In this document: piece after piece, positions 10,772 to 18,877 of the stretch
Numbering within the stretch: the first letter of the stretch is position 1
Layout: each line of letters opens with the position of its first letter
Assembly: GCF_009936135.1 (NCBI RefSeq)
Contig: NZ_CP047901.1
Span: 631,927 to 695,926 of the forward strand
Direction: 5' to 3'
From: Candidatus Chazhemtobacterium aquaticus
Lineage (GTDB): Bacteria > Patescibacteriota > Microgenomatia > UBA1400 > Chazhemtobacteraceae
Length of the DNA: 64,000 bases
Program-made: the position numbers and the translations under genes
Notes under the pieces: generated by a model
What the model was told of the DNA's origin: nothing
Database searches by the model: none
The model's input: the letters and a program-made list of their open reading frames with translations, nothing else

Positions 10772-11470
10772 ATGAACGGTATTCTTCTCCTCAACAAACC
10801 AACCGGTCTCTCTACCTTTGACTTAATTAGAGTATTTAAAAAAGCAATCAAGCCTGACTTCAAGGTGGGGCATGCCGGTACATTGGATGTATTTGCCAAC
10901 GGTCTAAGCATCCTTCTACTTGGCTCAGCTACGAAAAACTTTAGTCTTTTCCAGACACTACCCAAAACCTACCTTGCCACTGCGCGACTGGGTTACTCAT
11001 CTCCTACCCTGGACATTGAAGGCGATCTTACTCCCCAAACCAATCCGCCATCAGTTGGTAGGGAAAAAATAGAAATATTGTTTAACAACTTTCCTCGTCA
11101 GTACCATCAATCAGTCCCGGCTTACTCAGCCGCCAAACATCAAGGTCAACCACTCTATCGCCATGCTCGAAAAGGTAATGCTATTACCAGCAAAACCAAA
11201 CCCGTTACTATTCATCAACTTGATTTAATAACCTATCGTTCACCTTTGGTTACCTTTAACACCAGTGTCTCCTCAGGCACCTATATCCGTCAACTTAGCT
11301 GTGATCTCTTTACCCAGTTAAAACTAGACAGCTTCTTATCATCACTAACCCGAACCCATATCGGTCCTTACCAGCTTAAAGATGCAATTAATCTAGATAC
11401 TCTTTATAATAAAAACTGGCATCAACATTTAATTACCAAATATGACCCACAAAATCAAATACAACAATGA
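10772..11470 (+). CDS. truB: tRNA pseudouridine(55) synthase
   Basis: LNKPTG, GHAGTLD, QSVPAYSA, VSSGTYIR. Confidence 0.92.
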   Translation: MNGILLLNKPTGLSTFDLIRVFKKAIKPDFKVGHAGTLDVFANGLSILLLGSATKNFSLFQTLPKTYLATARLGYSSPTLDIEGDLTPQTNPPSVGREKIEILFNNFPRQYHQSVPAYSAAKHQGQPLYRHARKGNAITSKTKPVTIHQLDLITYRSPLVTFNTSVSSGTYIRQLSCDLFTQLKLDSFLSSLTRTHIGPYQLKDAINLDTLYNKNWHQHLITKYDPQNQIQQ

Positions 11471-11606
11471 CAGCCTAGAGCTTCTTGGTCGAGGCATCCT
11501 TTGGTTTTTTGGTTTCATGTTTATCCTACCCATTCCCTGGGTAATCAATGACCAAATCAGCTACTTCTCCAAAGGCTTTACGGTTACAAGCCAAAAGTCC
11601 AAATAA
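11442..11606 (+). CDS. Small membrane protein, 54 aa (not in the ORF track)
   Basis: MTHKIKYNNDSLELLGRGILWFFGFMFILPIPWVINDQISYFSKGFTVTSQKSK; fills the gap between truB and the next ORF. Confidence 0.6.
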   Translation: MTHKIKYNNDSLELLGRGILWFFGFMFILPIPWVINDQISYFSKGFTVTSQKSK

Positions 11607-11607
11607 C

Positions 11608-11835
11608 GTGCGTGTTAACGACGAACAACAACGGCTTTCTTACAACAGAGCTTTTTTCTTGAATCTAGTCGGTGGTATCGGCTGGGCATTAGGTATGACC
11701 GTCGGCTTTGCCCTTTTAGTTTCTCTCATCTCGCTTGTCTTCTCTTACCTTGGCGGTCTACCCTTAATCGGCAACTTCTTCGCCACCATCATCAACCACA
11801 CCCTTACCGCTATTGAAAGCAGACCTAGCCTATAA
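11608..11835 (+). CDS. Small membrane protein (DUF5665-like)
   Basis: GTG start 1 nt after the upstream stop; FFLNLVGGIGWALGMTVGF...LPLIGNFF. Confidence 0.65.
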   Translation: MRVNDEQQRLSYNRAFFLNLVGGIGWALGMTVGFALLVSLISLVFSYLGGLPLIGNFFATIINHTLTAIESRPSL

Positions 11836-11840
11836 TCACT

Positions 11841-11869
11841 TTGACAAAATTATTAAGCAGATCTAAAAT
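11841..11869 (+). promoter_or_regulatory. Sigma70 promoter of the thrS leader
   Basis: TTGACA-17 bp-TAAAAT; leader ATG starts 7 nt after the -10. Confidence 0.85.
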
Positions 11870-11875
11870 CAGCCT

Positions 11876-11920
11876 ATGTCTACCACTACCCGCACCACTA
11901 CTACCATCCTCCCGCTTTAA
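11876..11920 (+). CDS. Thr-rich leader peptide MSTTTRTTTTILPL
   Basis: 7 Thr codons in 14, upstream of thrS, followed by alternative hairpins. Confidence 0.88.
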   Translation: MSTTTRTTTTILPL

Positions 11921-11944
11921 TCGGGTTGGTTAGACTGCTTAACT

Positions 11945-11969
11945 AACCTCCCGATAGGGAGGTTTTTTT
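11945..11969 (+). terminator. thrS attenuator terminator
   Basis: AACCTCCC-GATA-GGGAGGTT followed by T-tract. Confidence 0.88.
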
Positions 11970-12014
11970 ATACCTACAACCAAGCAGCAATATAAAGTAA
12001 TATACAAACAGACC

Positions 12015-13820
12015 ATGTCAAACAATAACTCAAAATTCAATCAGCTCTCACCAGAAGATCAACATCTATATCAAATCCGTCACACCGCCGAACATGTCTT
12101 AACTCAAGCCATGATTAATCTCTATGGACCAGACAAGATCATTATGGCCATGGGTCCAGCTACAGAAGACGGTTTCTACTTCGATTTTGACTCACCTCAA
12201 GACTTTAAACTATCTGAGTCAGATTTCCCCGTCATTGAAAAGGAAATGCAACGCCTTATCGATCTTGACCTTAAGCTTGAATCAATTACCGTCTCGGCTG
12301 ATCAAGCCAGAGACCTGTTTAAAAAAAACCCCTACAAGCAAGACTGGATTACTCAAGCCGAAAGCAACCAGCTACCCATTACCCTCTACTACACTGGTAA
12401 GGACAGCGAAAATGAGTTTGTTGATCTTTGTTCCGGCCCCCATGCCGATAGTACTGGACAGATTGGAGCTTTCAAACTACTTTCGCTAGCTGGCGCCTAC
12501 TGGCATGGTGATTCCAATAACAAAATGCTAACCCGTGTTTATGGCACCGCCTTTTCATCTCAAGAAGAACTAGAACAGTTCATCGAAAAACGTCAGGAAG
12601 CTGAAAAACGAGACCATCGAAAGTTAGGGCTTAAATTTGATCTCTTCACCTTCTCCGATCTTATCGGCCCAGGTTTTCCCCTGTACACCCCCAAGGGCTG
12701 CCTACTTCGTCAACTCATTAATGGATATGTTGAACAACTCCAAACTCAACAAGACTACCAACAAGTCTGGACTCCCCAGGTAGCCAAAGCCGAGCTGTTC
12801 GAAACCTCTGGACACTACGACAAATACAAAGACGACATGTTTACCATTCACTCTCACTACAGCGACGATGAGCTGTTCTTAAAACCAATGAACTGTCCTC
12901 AACACACCCAAATCTTTGCTAGCAAACCCAGAAGCTATCGTGACCTACCCATTCGTTACACCGACTTCGCCATGCTCTATCGTGACGAAAAACCAGGAGA
13001 GCTCTCAGGGCTAGCCCGAGTTAGAGCTTTCTCCCAAGACGACTGCCATGTTTTTTGCAGCGAAGAACAGGTCGATGACGAAGTAGATGTCATGCTTTCC
13101 ATGACTAAAGAGGTCATGCGCACCTTCGGACTTAAATATCGCTACCGTCTTTCCACCAGAGACCCAAACACCCCAGAAAAATACTTAGGTGATCCCAAAA
13201 TCTGGGACAAAGTAGAAAAATGGGCCGTCAAAATCATGGAAAGAAACCACATCGAATACTACGATGGAGTAGGGGAGGCCGCCTTTTATGCTCCTAAAAT
13301 GGACTTAATGGCTACCGATGCCTTAGGTCGAGAGTGGCAACTTTCCACCGTTCAGATTGACTATGTTCAACCACAGCGTTTTGGTCTTAAATACACCGCC
13401 GCTGACGGTAGTGATCAAACCCCAATCATGGTTCATAGAGCCATCATTGGCTCCTTCGAGCGCTTCCTTATGATTCTAATCGAGCACTTCTCAGGCGCTT
13501 TCCCAGTCTGGCTCTCACCAGTTCAGGTAGCTGTCCTACCCGTTTCTGACAAGTCCAATGACTATGCCCAAGAAGTCTTCTATGAGCTTAAGAACAACGG
13601 TATAAGGGTCGAGTTTGACCAATCCGACCAATCATTGGGCAAAAAAATCAGAAATGCTGAGGATCAAAAATACCCCTACATGGTTATAGTCGGTGAAAAA
13701 GAAGCCAAAGATAGCACTATCTCTGTTCGCCAAAGAGGTGAACAAGACCTGGGTAGTATGGATCTGACTCATTTTTTGTCCCTCTTGAAGGAAAAAATTG
13801 AATCTAAAGCTTTAAATTGA
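12015..13820 (+). CDS. thrS: Threonine--tRNA ligase
   Basis: RHTAEH and DLCSGPH editing motifs, LKPMNCP, GEAAFYAPK, HRAIIGSFERF. Confidence 0.97.
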   Translation: MSNNNSKFNQLSPEDQHLYQIRHTAEHVLTQAMINLYGPDKIIMAMGPATEDGFYFDFDSPQDFKLSESDFPVIEKEMQRLIDLDLKLESITVSADQARDLFKKNPYKQDWITQAESNQLPITLYYTGKDSENEFVDLCSGPHADSTGQIGAFKLLSLAGAYWHGDSNNKMLTRVYGTAFSSQEELEQFIEKRQEAEKRDHRKLGLKFDLFTFSDLIGPGFPLYTPKGCLLRQLINGYVEQLQTQQDYQQVWTPQVAKAELFETSGHYDKYKDDMFTIHSHYSDDELFLKPMNCPQHTQIFASKPRSYRDLPIRYTDFAMLYRDEKPGELSGLARVRAFSQDDCHVFCSEEQVDDEVDVMLSMTKEVMRTFGLKYRYRLSTRDPNTPEKYLGDPKIWDKVEKWAVKIMERNHIEYYDGVGEAAFYAPKMDLMATDALGREWQLSTVQIDYVQPQRFGLKYTAADGSDQTPIMVHRAIIGSFERFLMILIEHFSGAFPVWLSPVQVAVLPVSDKSNDYAQEVFYELKNNGIRVEFDQSDQSLGKKIRNAEDQKYPYMVIVGEKEAKDSTISVRQRGEQDLGSMDLTHFLSLLKEKIESKALN

Positions 13821-13859
13821 TAAAATTAAAGCCTCAAGTTACCAATCACCGTCAAAACC

Positions 13860-14399
13860 ATTAATAAACATTACTCCATAAACCAGTACATTAGAGCCGA
13901 GCAATTGCGCGTTATCAAAGATGGGGGAGAACAACTAGGTGTCATGTCCAGAGACAAGGCCCTAGCTCTCGCCAGGGAACAAGGACTGGATTTAATCCTA
14001 GTTGCCGAAAAAGCCAATCCACCAGTTGCCAAAATCATCGACTTTAGCAAGTTCAAGTACCAGCAATCAAAAAAAACCAAGTCTGGTACCACCAAAACCA
14101 AAGCCACCAATGTCAAAGAAGTCCGTTTCACCCCTTTCATGGCCGAAAACGACTTCAACACCCGTCTTGAACGAGCCAGGGAATTTCTAGCCGATGGTCA
14201 CAAAGTCAAACTCGTGGTAAAATTCACCGGGCGTCAGATCACCCGTAAAGAGTTTGGTATCTCGCAGATGGACAAGGCTGTCCAAAGCCTATCCGATATC
14301 GCCAAACTAGAACAAGATCCCAAATGGCTCGGCAAACTATACGTCGGTCAAATTAAACCAACTAAACAAATTAAGAAAGATGAACAAGACCAAAACTAA
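13860..14399 (+). CDS. infC: Translation initiation factor IF-3, probable ATT start
   Basis: The conserved N-terminal INQYIRAEQLRVI lies upstream of the called TTG; in-frame ATT at 13860 with an in-frame stop at 13827. Confidence 0.9.
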   Translation: MNKHYSINQYIRAEQLRVIKDGGEQLGVMSRDKALALAREQGLDLILVAEKANPPVAKIIDFSKFKYQQSKKTKSGTTKTKATNVKEVRFTPFMAENDFNTRLERAREFLADGHKVKLVVKFTGRQITRKEFGISQMDKAVQSLSDIAKLEQDPKWLGKLYVGQIKPTKQIKKDEQDQN

Positions 14400-14580
14400 G
14401 ACCAGACAAATTGTCGCCAAACGGTTCAAAATTACTGCTACCGGCAAAGTTCTACGACGCACTCCCAACATGCGTCACTTACGTCGTCGTAAGAGTGCCA
14501 AACAAATTCGTCGCTACCGCAACTATGTCGAGGTAAAAGGCGTCTTTGCTAAAAAAATTAAAAGAATGTTAGGAATCTAA
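14380..14580 (+). CDS. rpmI: 50S ribosomal protein L35
   Basis: KTKTRQIVAKRFKITATGKV; infC-rpmI-rplT order. Confidence 0.93.
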   Translation: MNKTKTKTRQIVAKRFKITATGKVLRRTPNMRHLRRRKSAKQIRRYRNYVEVKGVFAKKIKRMLGI

Positions 14581-14581
14581 T

Positions 14582-14932
14582 ATGCCACGCGTCTCAACTG
14601 GACCCTACCGCCGTCGTAAACATAAAAAAGTGCTCAAAGCCACCAAGGGCTTCCGCATGTCATACAACCGCCTTATCAAAAGAGCTAAAGAAGCCCTTCT
14701 TCATGCTGGTGAGTATGCCTATGCTGGCCGCAAGCAAAAAAAGCGCCAGTTCCGCACCCTCTGGATCAAGCGTATCAATGGCGGACTAGCAAGCATTGAA
14801 GATGCCCCCAGCTACAGCCAGTTTATCGGCAACCTCTCCAAGAAAAACATCAAGCTAAATCGCAAGATCTTAGCTCTACTAGCTGTCAAGCAACCATCAG
14901 TTTTCTCCCAGATCGTCAAACAGACGAAATAA
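14582..14932 (+). CDS. rplT: 50S ribosomal protein L20
   Basis: MPRV...KKVLKATKGF...RKQKKRQFRTLWIKRIN. Confidence 0.95.
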   Translation: MPRVSTGPYRRRKHKKVLKATKGFRMSYNRLIKRAKEALLHAGEYAYAGRKQKKRQFRTLWIKRINGGLASIEDAPSYSQFIGNLSKKNIKLNRKILALLAVKQPSVFSQIVKQTK

Positions 14933-15008
14933 CCCCTTTCTCTTGATTCCCCTTATTGAATAACCTATAATACTCAACACTCGTTCATTTGAGTAAGGAG
15001 ACTTACCT

Positions 15009-15227
15009 GTGGCTCGTAAAGGTTTTGTAATTGTAATAACCAGCAAAACTGACCCTGCCAAGCCAGATATGTCCTCGCACAACAGCAAGCTTGCTGAGGC
15101 AACGGAAGGTCACAAGATTGTGTCATTCTCAACCACTCAGCAGGTCGAAGTCGTGACCATGACCGGGTCCGGGATGCCCTACAAGGATGAGGTGCTCATC
15201 ATCACCACAACTCTCCATCTCGAATAG
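15009..15227 (+). CDS. Small hypothetical protein with its own promoter and terminator
   Basis: TTGATT-17-TATAAT (14943-14971), TAAGGAG SD, GTG start, downstream hairpin. Confidence 0.65.
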   Translation: MARKGFVIVITSKTDPAKPDMSSHNSKLAEATEGHKIVSFSTTQQVEVVTMTGSGMPYKDEVLIITTTLHLE

Positions 15228-15258
15228 GCATCACCACACCGCCGAGTCTCTCAACCCA

Positions 15259-15292
15259 GGGACGTCCTTAAACAAGACGTCCCGTCTTTTTT
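15259..15292 (+). terminator. Intrinsic terminator
   Basis: GGGACGTC...GACGTCCC stem followed by T-tract. Confidence 0.6.
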
Positions 15293-15301
15293 CTACTTTA
15301 T

Positions 15302-15919
15302 CTAATTACATCCAAACTGCTGTTCACAAGCAGTTTTTGCTTCACCGTCTAGCGATCCACACATAGCACACTGCTGGATCTTGACATCATCCATCATTGC
15401 CCCCAGATCTCTAAACTCAACATTACTAGGAGGAGTGAACTTAGACTGATCAGCTACCCATGGCTCACACTGATAGTTCATCTCTTCGTCCAATTTTGCA
15501 TAATCACTTGTTACTGGTGCTCCTTCAGTTTCCTGATCAACCTCATCAACTCGCTTCATTTTCAAACCCCCCTCCATCATCGAACCCCACACATAGCTAT
15601 ACTCGTCTCCGGTAATCACACTCCCGCTAAAATCTTCACCCTCAGCCGTCCTCACCGTGTAATCACTTCTACTCTTGCCTCCCGCAATATACACCTGACC
15701 TTCAGTCGCTCCTGTCTCATCCTCGTAAGAATAGGTACACTTCATCTCATCTCCCAAAGCCATTAGCCCAAGCAGTGTCTTAGGCATCGATTCTTCTCCA
15801 GCTCCATCCTGACTCACCTCTATGTTATCAGCCCTTCCTCCCAGCACCTGGTAACCCAGGATTGCCAAAATCACTATACCCAATAACCCAATCACCGCAG
15901 TCATGTTTTTATTTTTCAT
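15302..15919 (-). CDS. Membrane-anchored extracytoplasmic protein with Cys-containing C-terminus
   Basis: N-terminal TM; KCTY, YQCEPW..D.SKFTPPSNVEF, CAMC...C...C. Confidence 0.7.
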   Translation of the reverse strand: MKNKNMTAVIGLLGIVILAILGYQVLGGRADNIEVSQDGAGEESMPKTLLGLMALGDEMKCTYSYEDETGATEGQVYIAGGKSRSDYTVRTAEGEDFSGSVITGDEYSYVWGSMMEGGLKMKRVDEVDQETEGAPVTSDYAKLDEEMNYQCEPWVADQSKFTPPSNVEFRDLGAMMDDVKIQQCAMCGSLDGEAKTACEQQFGCN

Positions 15920-15992
15920 AACTTGATCCTATAAACAAAACAAACACTCGTCAAGCTCAAGTTTACTGCCATATCAAGCTTAAACAAAAAAA

Positions 15993-17345
15993 CTAGCTCT
16001 TCCAGACTGGCTTAATCTTCTTATCTGTAATCCCAACCACTCTGCCACCCACTGCCTCAATTAACTCCCGATCATGAGTAATCAGCAAAACCGAACCCTC
16101 AAACTCTTTCAAAAAATTTTCTAATGCCACAATTGATTTAATATCCAAGTGGTTAGTCGGCTCATCCAGAATCAACAAATCAGGCTTTCTGTACAAAAAC
16201 AAAGCCAGTTGCAGTCTTGCTTTCTGTCCACCTGATAACAAACCAACACGCGTTTTCATTGTTTGCTTGCTAAACAAAAACTGACGCAACACTGCCTCCA
16301 CCTCATACTCATACATGGGATAGCTATCCATAAACAGCTGCAAAGCTGATTTCTGTTCATCTAAAGCCTCAAAGTGTTCCTGGGCGTAATAGCCGACCTT
16401 AAGGCCCACTCCCACCTTAGCTACTCCCTCATCAGGTAACATATCTCCCAGTAACAATCTAATCAATGTTGTCTTACCCGATCCATTTGGAGCCACCATT
16501 AACACTTTCTCATCCACAAACATGTGAAGGTTAGCCCCTTTAAATACCAGGTCGTTACCATAACTAAAACTCATATCCTTCACCAATACCGCTGTTTTAC
16601 CCTTAATTCGTTTACCCTCAATCCTTGACTTAATAGTAATCGTCTCCCTCCGCTCCGCCGGATTTTTAATCATACCAGCTCTATGCCTCTCCAGTCGGCT
16701 CATCATTGCTCGCAAACCAGAAGGCTTCACCTTACCCTGAGCCAACCTTAATCTAAAGTCCTTGACCAACTGAATTAATCTTTTTTCCTCAGCTAGCTGT
16801 AGTGCATACAGCCTCTCCAGACTTACCTGCTCATTTTCATATACCTTCTCATATTGAGCATAACCAAAGGGAAAGGTTCTAACTTTCCTATCCTCAATCA
16901 TCCATACATACTTAGTGGTTTTGGCTAAAAAATCCCGATCGTGTGAGATCATAATCACCAAACCAGAAAAATGACTTAATGCCTCAATCAGCCAATCCTT
17001 TCCCTCGAAATCAAGATGGTTATCTGGCTCATCGAGTAGTAAAACGTCATATCCACCTCCATAAATCAACTCTGCTAGTTTTTCAATCTTTTTCTGTCCT
17101 CCTGACAATCTATCCCTGCCCACTATCTCCTGGGGCATGTATCCCACTCTTACTCCAACATTCCAATCAAACTTACCCTCATACTGATCCTCGACTCCAG
17201 CCAAAATCTTTAAAAAGGTTGATTTACCTGATCCGTTATCACCAATCAATCCCACCACCCCAACACCCCGAAACGAAAAACTTATTTCGTCTAACAACGG
17301 TTGGTTGTAATGTTTGCTGATACTTTCGCATTTTAGATTGATCAT
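15993..17345 (-). CDS. ABC-F family ATPase
   Basis: Two NBDs (GDNGSGKST, PNGSGKTT, LSGGQ, LDEP.NHLD) with linker and no TM segments. Confidence 0.85.
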   Translation of the reverse strand: MINLKCESISKHYNQPLLDEISFSFRGVGVVGLIGDNGSGKSTFLKILAGVEDQYEGKFDWNVGVRVGYMPQEIVGRDRLSGGQKKIEKLAELIYGGGYDVLLLDEPDNHLDFEGKDWLIEALSHFSGLVIMISHDRDFLAKTTKYVWMIEDRKVRTFPFGYAQYEKVYENEQVSLERLYALQLAEEKRLIQLVKDFRLRLAQGKVKPSGLRAMMSRLERHRAGMIKNPAERRETITIKSRIEGKRIKGKTAVLVKDMSFSYGNDLVFKGANLHMFVDEKVLMVAPNGSGKTTLIRLLLGDMLPDEGVAKVGVGLKVGYYAQEHFEALDEQKSALQLFMDSYPMYEYEVEAVLRQFLFSKQTMKTRVGLLSGGQKARLQLALFLYRKPDLLILDEPTNHLDIKSIVALENFLKEFEGSVLLITHDRELIEAVGGRVVGITDKKIKPVWKS

Positions 17346-17463
17346 ACATGCCTTTTGGATTATACCCCAACCGCACTTGACAATTTATAATGACAAGAAA
17401 TGGGGGTGAAAAAGAGCATTTCTTAAAGTGGCTGGTGCAAGTCCAGACGCCCCCGTATATAAA

Positions 17464-17682
17464 ATGAAAATGAAGATTTATACCACTGGGCAAATAGCCA
17501 AAAAATACCATGTTAACTTAAAACAAATTAGCAACTGGTATAAAAAACTTGTTCGCTCAAAACACATAGTATCTCTAAGAAACCCGGGTACAATCAAGAT
17601 TACAGGTGACCAACACGGTAGATACGGACTTCCCTCAAGTCTAGTCAAACATTTCCCTAATACACCACCCAAAAACTCTTGA
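17464..17682 (+). CDS. Small MerR/excisionase-like HTH protein
   Basis: IYTTGQIAKKYHVNLKQISNW fits a MerR-type HTH start; basic protein. Confidence 0.5.
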   Translation: MKMKIYTTGQIAKKYHVNLKQISNWYKKLVRSKHIVSLRNPGTIKITGDQHGRYGLPSSLVKHFPNTPPKNS

Positions 17683-17706
17683 CATTTCAGTTTGTCGTCA
17701 TATAAT
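17679..17706 (+). promoter_or_regulatory. Sigma70 promoter of the pheST leader
   Basis: TTGACA-16 bp-TATAAT. Confidence 0.8.
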
Positions 17707-17716
17707 CTCTCCCTAC

Positions 17717-17785
17717 ATGACAATCAAAATGTCACACGCGAGAAGCAACCACTCAACCGATCCTATCTTTTTTAATCGGCACTAG
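17717..17785 (+). CDS. Putative pheST leader peptide MTIKMSHARSNHSTDPIFFNRH
   Basis: Tandem TTT TTT four codons before the stop; followed by overlapping hairpins and a terminator before pheS. Confidence 0.7.
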   Translation: MTIKMSHARSNHSTDPIFFNRH

Positions 17786-17816
17786 GGAGGTTGCTTTTGG
17801 CGTTTTTAGACCCAAA

Positions 17817-17841
17817 CCTCCCCACAAGGGAGGATTTTTTT
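17817..17841 (+). terminator. pheST attenuator terminator
   Basis: CCTCCC-CACAA-GGGAGG-A-T7. Confidence 0.8.
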
Positions 17842-17865
17842 ATTCTCTTAAGCTAGAATTCATCC

Positions 17866-18870
17866 ATGGACGATCTCGAAATCATCAAAAAACAAGCTAC
17901 TCAGCAAATCCAGTCTGCCAAGGATCTTGAAGCCTTAGACAAACTTCAAACTCAATATCTTGGCCGCAAAGGTTTAGTCAATCAATACTTAAGCTCGCTT
18001 CCTAAAGAAGCCCTAAAAAGCCAGGGTCGTCTCATCAACCAAACCAAACAATACATTGACCAGCTTATTGCCAAACGCCAAAAATCTCTTCAGCAGGTCC
18101 AACAAGAGATCGATGTCACCATACCAGGCATTCTTCCACCCATCGGCCACCTTCACTTAATTACCCAAACCATTAAAGAAATCGAGGATATCTTCACCAA
18201 ACTAGGCTTTGTCAGGCGTCGTTACCCAGAAGTAGAGACTGACTGGTACTACGCCGAAGGCCTAAACATCCCCAAAGACCACCCCGCCCGAGATGACCAA
18301 GAAACCTTCTATATCAATCCAGAAGTTGTTCTAACCGCCCATACCAGCAATGGCCAGTTACGAGAGATGGAGTTATTAAAAAAACCTCCCATCAAAATGA
18401 TTAACATTAGTAAGACCTATAGACGTCAGGCCAGTAATACCCATAGTCCCATGTTCCACCAGTTCGAGGGTTTAGTCGTAGACAAAGATATAAACATCAC
18501 TCACCTTATCGGTGTCAGCAACTTCTTTGTTCAGTCATACTTTGGCTCTGACCGTCAAGTCAGACTTCGTCCTCACCACTTTCAGTTCACCGAGCCCAGC
18601 TTCGAAGTCGACATCAACTGCCACCTTTGCAAGGGTAGGGGAGAGTTAAATGGAAAAAGCTGCCCCGTCTGTAAAGCTGGTTGGCTAGAGCTTGGCGGCG
18701 CCGGCATGGTCCACCCTCAGGTCTTAAAAAACGGTGGTATCAATCCCGATCGATTTACTGGCTTCGCTTTCGGTTGGGGGATAGAACGTCTCATCATGAT
18801 GAAACATAACGTTACCAACAACCTACGAGATCTCTATACCAGCGATCTTCGCTTTCTCAATCAGTCATAA
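17866..18870 (+). CDS. pheS: Phenylalanine--tRNA ligase alpha subunit
   Basis: HPARDDQETF, HSPMFHQFEG, FQFTEPS, GFAFGWGIER; CxxC...CxxC insert. Confidence 0.96.
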   Translation: MDDLEIIKKQATQQIQSAKDLEALDKLQTQYLGRKGLVNQYLSSLPKEALKSQGRLINQTKQYIDQLIAKRQKSLQQVQQEIDVTIPGILPPIGHLHLITQTIKEIEDIFTKLGFVRRRYPEVETDWYYAEGLNIPKDHPARDDQETFYINPEVVLTAHTSNGQLREMELLKKPPIKMINISKTYRRQASNTHSPMFHQFEGLVVDKDINITHLIGVSNFFVQSYFGSDRQVRLRPHHFQFTEPSFEVDINCHLCKGRGELNGKSCPVCKAGWLELGGAGMVHPQVLKNGGINPDRFTGFAFGWGIERLIMMKHNVTNNLRDLYTSDLRFLNQS

Positions 18871-18877
18871 TCACTCT

